In this document: positions 59,206 through 64,000 of the stretch, piece after piece | Layout of the letters: each line of letters starts with the position of its first letter | How positions within the stretch are numbered: the stretch's first letter is position 1 | NCBI GenBank assembly: GCA_040005235.1 | Contig: JBDTZG010000014.1 | Location: forward strand, 42,206 to 106,205 | From: Acidobacteriota bacterium | Lineage (GTDB): Bacteria; Acidobacteriota; Thermoanaerobaculia; Multivoradales; UBA5704 | Length of the DNA stretch: 64,000 nucleotides | Direction of reading: 5' to 3' | The notes under the pieces: generated by a model | Told to the model about the DNA's origin: nothing | The model's input: the letters and a program-made list of their open reading frames with translations, nothing else | The model's database searches: none | Made by a program: the position numbers and the translations under genes

Positions 59206-59979
59206 ATGCAACTCGATTCCGTTCGAGCCGTGGTGACCGGCGCGGCCCGGGGGTTGGGCTGGCACTTCGCACTGGAGCTGCTGCGGGCGGGAGCCCAGGT
59301 GGCGGCGGGAGACATCGACATCCCCGGCCTTCGCAGGCTCAAAGTCGCGGCCGAGGGACTGCCGGGAAACCTATTCGCCTCGTCTCTCGACGTGGTCGAC
59401 GAGCTCGCCGTTCAGTCGTTCATCGATCAGGCTTGGAGCCGACTCGGGGGGCTCAATACCCTGATCAACAACGCCGGCATCCTGCGCGATGGCTTGCTGG
59501 TGCGAAGGGACGCGGAAGGAAGCGGCGGCAAGCTCCCGACCTCGCAATGGTCGAAGGTCTTGGAGGTGAACCTTACGGGGCCTTTCCGGGTCGCCCGTGA
59601 GTTCGTCGCGCGTCTGTTGAACGAGCGGATCGAAGCTGGAGTCATCGTCAACATCTCTTCCCTGGCGCGCGCCGGAAACCCCGGGCAGTCGAGCTACTCG
59701 GCATCGAAGGGGGGGCTCGATGCGGCAACTCGAACCTGGGCCTTGGAGCTGGCTCCCTTCGGAATTCGCGTGGGAGGGGTTGCTCCCGGGGTCATCGACA
59801 CACCGATCCTGGAAGGGATCTCCGAAGCGGCCCTGGCACGTTTGAAGGAGGCCATTCCTCTCGGGCGTTTGGGTCGGCCGGACGAGGTCTGGCTCGCCGT
59901 CAAATTCATCATCGAGTGTGAGTTCTTTTCCGGTCGCATCATCGAAGTGGACGGTGGCGCAGCCATGGGCGGCGCGTGA
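59206..59979 (+). CDS. Short-chain dehydrogenase/reductase (FabG/3-oxoacyl-ACP reductase-like)
   Basis: TGAARGLG Rossmann motif, NNAGILRD, NISS, catalytic YSASK, PGVIDT, IPLGRLG, VDGG. 257 aa, starting 3 nt after the TE gene. Confidence 0.92.
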   Translation: MQLDSVRAVVTGAARGLGWHFALELLRAGAQVAAGDIDIPGLRRLKVAAEGLPGNLFASSLDVVDELAVQSFIDQAWSRLGGLNTLINNAGILRDGLLVRRDAEGSGGKLPTSQWSKVLEVNLTGPFRVAREFVARLLNERIEAGVIVNISSLARAGNPGQSSYSASKGGLDAATRTWALELAPFGIRVGGVAPGVIDTPILEGISEAALARLKEAIPLGRLGRPDEVWLAVKFIIECEFFSGRIIEVDGGAAMGGA

Positions 59980-60015
59980 TCCGCCTTGCGGCTGCATCAA
60001 GGCCACCCAACCAAC

Positions 60016-60021
60016 AGGAGG
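60016..60021 (+). promoter_or_regulatory. Shine-Dalgarno for the carbamoyltransferase
   Basis: AGGAGG 10 nt before ATG 60032 (MYVLGI). Confidence 0.7.
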
Positions 60022-60031
60022 TTCAGTCTTA

Positions 60032-62056
60032 ATGTACGTTCTAGGCATTCATGGCGGCTTGAAGCGAGACTTCGAGGATGGGGGAACGGATTTCCGCTGG
60101 CACGACGGCGCGGCTGTCTTGGTCAAGGATTATGAGATCGTCGCGGCGATCGAAGAAGAGCGCCTGAATCGCGTCAAGCATTCCAACGCTTTCCCGGCCA
60201 GGGCCGTGCGTTTCTGCCTGGAGCAGGCTGGAATCGGCTTGGCCGAGGTCGATGCCATAGCGGTCAACCTTTCCCGCGAGGCGGTGGACATGCTGGCCAT
60301 CTCCCGTGTGCTGGAGGGGCGACAGGAGACGGAGCTGTCCGGGGCCAGGCTGCTCGCGGGTCTGTTCGAGAAGGAGTTTCGCACCGATGTGACTCCCAAG
60401 CTGCGCTTCTGCAATCATCACTTCGCCCACGCCTACAGCGCCTTCTTCGCCGCCAATTTCGAGCGTTCCTTAGTCGTCACCCTCGACGGCGATGGCGACG
60501 GCCTCTGTGGCATGGTCCTGGCGGGGGAGGGAGGGCAGTTGCGCAAGCTGCGGGAGTACCCGGAGCACAAATCGCTGGGCAATTGGTACACGACCCTGAT
60601 CCGCGTCCTCGGCTACAACCGATTCGACGAGTACAAGGTGATGGGCTTGGCCCCCTACGGCGATCCGAAAGTTTTCGGCGACCTCTTTCGCAGCCTCTAT
60701 CGTCTCCTTCCCGGCGGGGACTACGAGCTGCTGCCGATGGCCCGCCAGTTCTCTCTGCTCGGCCAGGCCGGCCTCTTGGCGCACTTCCGCAAGAAGGGCG
60801 AGCCTTTTACTCAGGTCCACAAGGATTTTGCGGCCGGCCTCCAGACCGCCCTCGAAGATCTTGCCCTGCACATGATTGGCCACTTCCAGCGCGAGACGCG
60901 CGAAGAAAGGCTCTGCCTCGCGGGCGGCGTGGCCCACAACTGCAGCATGAACGGGCGAATCCTCTACTCCGGTTTGTTCAAGGAAGTCTTCGTGCAACCC
61001 GCGGCCCACGATGCGGGGACCGCCCTGGGCGCCGCTTGGTCGGTGCTCCATGAGGCCGGCGTGAAGCGCCCTCGGCGTCGGATGGAGCATCTGTATCTTG
61101 GCACCGATATCGGCGGCGAGGCGGAGATCCGGCGAACCTTGGAAGCATGGCAGGCGTTCGTCTCCTTCGAGAAGGTCGATCGCATCGCCGAGCGTACGGC
61201 GAAGCTCCTCGCGGAGGGGTCGGTGATCGGTTGGGTTCAAGGGCGATCCGAGTTCGGCCCGCGCGCCCTTGGCAACCGCAGCATTCTCGCGGACCCCCGT
61301 CCCGCGGAGAACAAGGAGAGGATCAACCGGATGGTCAAGAAGCGAGAGGGCTACCGGCCCTTCGCGCCCTCCGTGCAAGAGGAAAAAGCGGCGGACTACT
61401 TCGTCCTTTCGCCGTCCCAGAGCGCCTTCCCTTTTATGATCTTCGTCCTCGAAGTGCAGGAGTCCCAGCGAGCCAACCTGGGTGCGATCACCCATCTCGA
61501 CGGCACGGCCCGCGTGCATACGGTCTCTGAGGGTGCCAACCCGCTCTACTGGCAGCTCTTGGGAGAGTTTGGCCGGCTCACGGGAATCCCGATGCTCTTG
61601 AACACCTCGTTCAACAACAACGCGGAGCCGATCGTCGACTCTCCCACGGATGCCCTGGTCTGTTTCCTGACCACCGGCCTCGACTACATGGTCGTGGGTG
61701 ATTTTCTGGTGGCCAAACGCGAGAAGCCCGCGGAAGACCTCCGGATTCTGAACCTGGTTGCGAGCCTGGACCGGACGAAAAAGCTGGTTCGTCGCACGAG
61801 AGCCGAAAGCTCCGCCTCGGATGCGGGTCGGGTCTACTCGATCGAGAGCACCGCCAGCGAGCACTTCGGCGAAGCCTCTGCGGCCATTTCTCCCGAGCTA
61901 TTCCAACTTCTCTGTGCGGGCGATGGCCACACCCGGCTTGAGGCCCTGGCCGGATCGATCGGCATCACGGAACACGAGAAGCTCCGAGCCCTTGCCGAGG
62001 AGGTCCATGGGCTTTGGGAGCGGCGGATGCTGATCTTTGAACCTCTGACCTCCTGA
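60032..62056 (+). CDS. Carbamoyltransferase (NodU/CmcH/TobZ family)
   Basis: MYVLGI...HDGAA...EEERLNRVKH, HHFAHA, DGDGD, EYKVMGLAPYG, GGVAHN, EFGPRALGNRS, RPFAPS, LLNTSFN. Start set at ATG 60032 after AGGAGG (674 aa). Confidence 0.93.
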   Translation: MYVLGIHGGLKRDFEDGGTDFRWHDGAAVLVKDYEIVAAIEEERLNRVKHSNAFPARAVRFCLEQAGIGLAEVDAIAVNLSREAVDMLAISRVLEGRQETELSGARLLAGLFEKEFRTDVTPKLRFCNHHFAHAYSAFFAANFERSLVVTLDGDGDGLCGMVLAGEGGQLRKLREYPEHKSLGNWYTTLIRVLGYNRFDEYKVMGLAPYGDPKVFGDLFRSLYRLLPGGDYELLPMARQFSLLGQAGLLAHFRKKGEPFTQVHKDFAAGLQTALEDLALHMIGHFQRETREERLCLAGGVAHNCSMNGRILYSGLFKEVFVQPAAHDAGTALGAAWSVLHEAGVKRPRRRMEHLYLGTDIGGEAEIRRTLEAWQAFVSFEKVDRIAERTAKLLAEGSVIGWVQGRSEFGPRALGNRSILADPRPAENKERINRMVKKREGYRPFAPSVQEEKAADYFVLSPSQSAFPFMIFVLEVQESQRANLGAITHLDGTARVHTVSEGANPLYWQLLGEFGRLTGIPMLLNTSFNNNAEPIVDSPTDALVCFLTTGLDYMVVGDFLVAKREKPAEDLRILNLVASLDRTKKLVRRTRAESSASDAGRVYSIESTASEHFGEASAAISPELFQLLCAGDGHTRLEALAGSIGITEHEKLRALAEEVHGLWERRMLIFEPLTS

Positions 62057-62128
62057 GATTTGAGGCTGTCGCTGGCGTCGGGTCTACCCCTCGAAGCCAG
62101 AAGATCTCGCCCGCGTCGGCGGTTGCGC

Positions 62129-62169
62129 TGGAGTTGGCCGGGCGGCGCCCCCTGCCGCCCGGATCTCCA
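62129..62169. terminator. GC-rich hairpin between convergent genes (possible terminator or mRNA-end structure)
   Basis: Perfect 9-bp stem CCGGGCGGC (62138-62146) / GCCGCCCGG (62154-62162) with a 7-nt loop, extendable by TGGAG/CTCCA. No U-tract. A second imperfect stem (CTGGC..GCCAG) lies at 62072-62100. Confidence 0.4.
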
Positions 62170-62171
62170 AC

Positions 62172-62666
62172 CTAGCCCGCTGTGACTTTGCGGCGCCCGC
62201 GGGGGGCGGGGCGGCGGCGAGCTTTCTTTGGGTTCTTCGTGTCCAGCTCTCGCTGCTGATCGAGCGCCTTCAACACCCGTTCCTCGACCATCTTCACCAG
62301 GTCTTCCGGGCGTAGGGAGATCTCGGGCGGGATCATCGGCACCAGCGGCGAAACCCGCTCCTCTCTTGAGTAGCCCGCCCGTTCGGCCGCATCCATCAGC
62401 TCCTGATGGAGCGATTTCTGGCCGGGCTGGCGGACGGGCGGCTCGGGCGGGAAGAGGCCGAGGAAGAACGCTTTCGGCTCGACGTTGCACGCCTCCAGGA
62501 TCTGAAAGATCTGGTTGAACCGCAGGCGGGTGCGCCGGTTCAGAAGGTTACCGGTGGTGCCGCGGGCGAAGTCGCATTTCGCATCGACGTCGCGCAGCGA
62601 CAGGCCGTTGGTGGAAATCAGGAAATCGAGGAGTGCTAGGGCTCTCTTCTCGGGATCGTTCATCAT
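62172..62666 (-). CDS. Putative XRE/Cro-like helix-turn-helix DNA-binding protein
   Basis: N-terminal LSLRDVDAKCDFARGTTGNLLNRRTRLRFNQIFQILEACNVEPKAFF resembles HTH_XRE. Basic C-terminal tail; AGGA upstream. Confidence 0.7.
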   Translation of the reverse strand: MMNDPEKRALALLDFLISTNGLSLRDVDAKCDFARGTTGNLLNRRTRLRFNQIFQILEACNVEPKAFFLGLFPPEPPVRQPGQKSLHQELMDAAERAGYSREERVSPLVPMIPPEISLRPEDLVKMVEERVLKALDQQRELDTKNPKKARRRPAPRGRRKVTAG

Positions 62667-62699
62667 GGCTGAAATCCTAGCGAGCGGTGGCGTCCACCG

Positions 62700-63284
62700 T
62701 CAACCGTTCGTGGTCTGCCCCAAGTTTTCGCGGACTCGCGCCGCAAGGCGGCGCGCCAGGTAAAGCCCGGTCGCTCGAATACCGCCGGGTCCTGCGGCTT
62801 CGAGTACCAGCGCGAGCGACCGCGGGCTGCGGGTCAGCCCTTCGACCACGTGCAGGGCGCGGAAGAGGTCCGGGTCGGAGTGGCGCGACCAGCCGACGAC
62901 GCCGAAGGTGCCGTCCGGCCGTTGCGCCGCCAGGTCCACCCCGGGCCCGGCGCGCTCCTGTTCGACGAACAGCGGATCGCGGCCGTGGATCGGCAGGATC
63001 GCGGCGGCGAGCAGCGCGCGCTCCCGGGTGTCGAATTCGAGCGGCGAGCCGTTGGGGGAGCGAGGGTCTTCCTCGGGCTCTTCCGCCTGGAGCCGAGCCA
63101 CCCCCCACGTCCGGGCGGTGGCGGCGAACCGAACCTCCCACGGCCCGCTCCATTCGACCTCCTGGTCGGCATGCGGGCTCTCGTCGAGCAGGTCGATGAA
63201 CGCGAGGAAGCTACGGGCGAAGGCATTCAGCCGCCGCCAGTCTCGCGAGCCGTTCGTTGCCGGATTTTTCGGATTGGGTTTCAT
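62700..63284 (-). CDS. Hypothetical protein (194 aa)
   Basis: ATG at 63284 (MKPNPKN) preceded by AAAGGGGAG; protein-like composition (FDTRERALLAAAILP..., LTRSPRSLALVLEAAG). The longer 63707 start overlaps the next gene. Confidence 0.65.
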   Translation of the reverse strand: MKPNPKNPATNGSRDWRRLNAFARSFLAFIDLLDESPHADQEVEWSGPWEVRFAATARTWGVARLQAEEPEEDPRSPNGSPLEFDTRERALLAAAILPIHGRDPLFVEQERAGPGVDLAAQRPDGTFGVVGWSRHSDPDLFRALHVVEGLTRSPRSLALVLEAAGPGGIRATGLYLARRLAARVRENLGQTTNG

Positions 63285-63354
63285 GGACTCCCCTTTGCGC
63301 GAATCGGGCGCGAACCAAAAGGGGCGGCTCGAAGTGAGCCGCCCTGAGAAAAAC

Positions 63355-63777
63355 CTACGGGGTGATTGCTGAGGGCGCCGGGGGTGCCGGAGCCGGCGGC
63401 GGAGTGCTGGCCGCGGAGGCGTTGGGAGCCGTGGCCTCAATGATCGCCGCCCGTGCTTTGGCGGTGAGGCGGCGAGGGCGAAGGCCGAACGCAACCAGCT
63501 CTTTGTTGCGGCGACCGTAGAAGGCGCGAAGCGACTCGGAGAGCGCGGAGTAGGTCTCTCCAGCGTGGAAGACCTCCATCTGAAGGTCCTCCTGCGTTCG
63601 GGCGAGGGCGCTCTGATGCCGTGGGCGCTCGTCCTGCAGAAATTTGATCGCGGTCGTTCGCGCGACCAATGCTTCATGTTGGGCCTGCAGATGCGGGACT
63701 TCCGCAAGCCGCAGGGCGAGCTGGGTCGCCAACTGTTCCCAGATCCGGAGACGTTCGGAGAGGTTGAGCGTGGCCAT
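63355..63777 (-). CDS. Hypothetical helical/coiled-coil protein with Pro/Ala-rich tail (140 aa)
   Basis: AGGAGG 5 nt upstream of ATG; amphipathic helical sequence with LRAFYGRRNKELVAFGLRP near the C-terminus. Confidence 0.7.
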   Translation of the reverse strand: MATLNLSERLRIWEQLATQLALRLAEVPHLQAQHEALVARTTAIKFLQDERPRHQSALARTQEDLQMEVFHAGETYSALSESLRAFYGRRNKELVAFGLRPRRLTAKARAAIIEATAPNASAASTPPPAPAPPAPSAITP

Positions 63778-63895
63778 GACTACCTCCTACAAGAAGGATC
63801 GCGGATCGATGCCGCGATCGGGTTGCACGTTGAGACCCCCGGGTAGCGCCTGAGCGTGAAGACGCCCCGGTCTGCGAACCCAGGAGATGACGGGT

Positions 63896-64000
63896 TGGGC
63901 AATGGGTACGGCCCGATGGGAAATGGGTACGGGTGCTTGGGAAACGGGTACGGCCCTGTGGGAAATGGGTACGGGTGCTTGGGAAATGGGTACGGCCCCG
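63896..64000. repeat. 21-bp tandem repeat, at least 5 units, with alternating 42-bp higher-order structure
   Basis: Core TGGG(A/C)AA(T/C)GGGTACGG plus 5-nt tails CCCGA, GTGCT, CCCTG, GTGCT, CCCCG. Units start at 63896, 63917, 63938, 63959 and 63980; the array reaches the window end. Confidence 0.92.

Larger units (their letters stand above)
5..62056 (+). other. Hybrid NRPS/PKS biosynthetic gene cluster (3' portion)
   Basis: Eight co-directional genes with gaps of -4 to ~52 nt; a colinear assembly line ending in TE, followed by tailoring genes. Confidence 0.95.

Noticed and set aside
59918-60031. Longer start for the carbamoyltransferase
   Set aside because: Overlaps the SDR gene. The family N-terminus MxVLGI begins at ATG 60032 after AGGAGG.
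6230-61864. Many long minus-strand ORFs (e.g. 6230-7717, 9098-10861, 41029-42543, 54781-56241, 60470-61864) and alternative + frame ORFs such as 41463-43037
   Set aside because: Shadow ORFs overlapping motif-rich genes in high-GC DNA; no recognisable domains.
63285-63707. 335-aa version of the 62700 ORF
   Set aside because: The extension overlaps the 63355-63777 gene in another frame and is Arg/Pro-rich noise. ATG 63284 has its own RBS.
63896-64000. CRISPR array
   Set aside because: 16-bp core with only 5-nt recurring tails; no unique spacers and no cas genes in the window.
1-64000. tRNA/rRNA, transposases, MbtH, PPTase, transporter, hydroxylase genes
   Set aside because: None recognisable; intergenic gaps are too short. 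They may lie upstream of the window.

Overview
GC-rich bacterial DNA. About 62 kb of the 64 kb window is the 3' part of one large co-directional (+ strand) hybrid NRPS/PKS cluster whose start lies upstream of the window. Six megasynthetase genes encode 13 NRPS modules and 2 PKS modules ending in a thioesterase, followed by an SDR/FabG-like reductase and a NodU/CmcH/TobZ-family carbamoyltransferase. A-domain codes, read by eye against GrsA, predict: ...Ala - [Aad/Glu-like, Lys2/McyE-type A domain] - malonate (KR decayed) - Cys (Cy + N-MT) - N-Me-Cys-like - D-Gln - Gln - Ser - Thr - Gly - malonate + aminotransferase - Ser - Asn - Ile/Val - Cys-like - TE. I do not recognise this architecture as a characterised cluster. 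Unusual points: a Lys2-like A domain feeding a PKS, a Cy-A-NMT module with no oxidase or thiazoline reductase, three split C|interface-domain junctions with a shared basic tail, an internal Gly-KS-AMT unit and an apparently deleted E domain. The last 2 kb hold three small minus-strand genes (an XRE-like HTH and two hypotheticals) and a 21-bp tandem array running off the window end. An Acidobacteriota/Myxococcota-like host is only an impression. Domain boundaries are approximate and no database search was possible.
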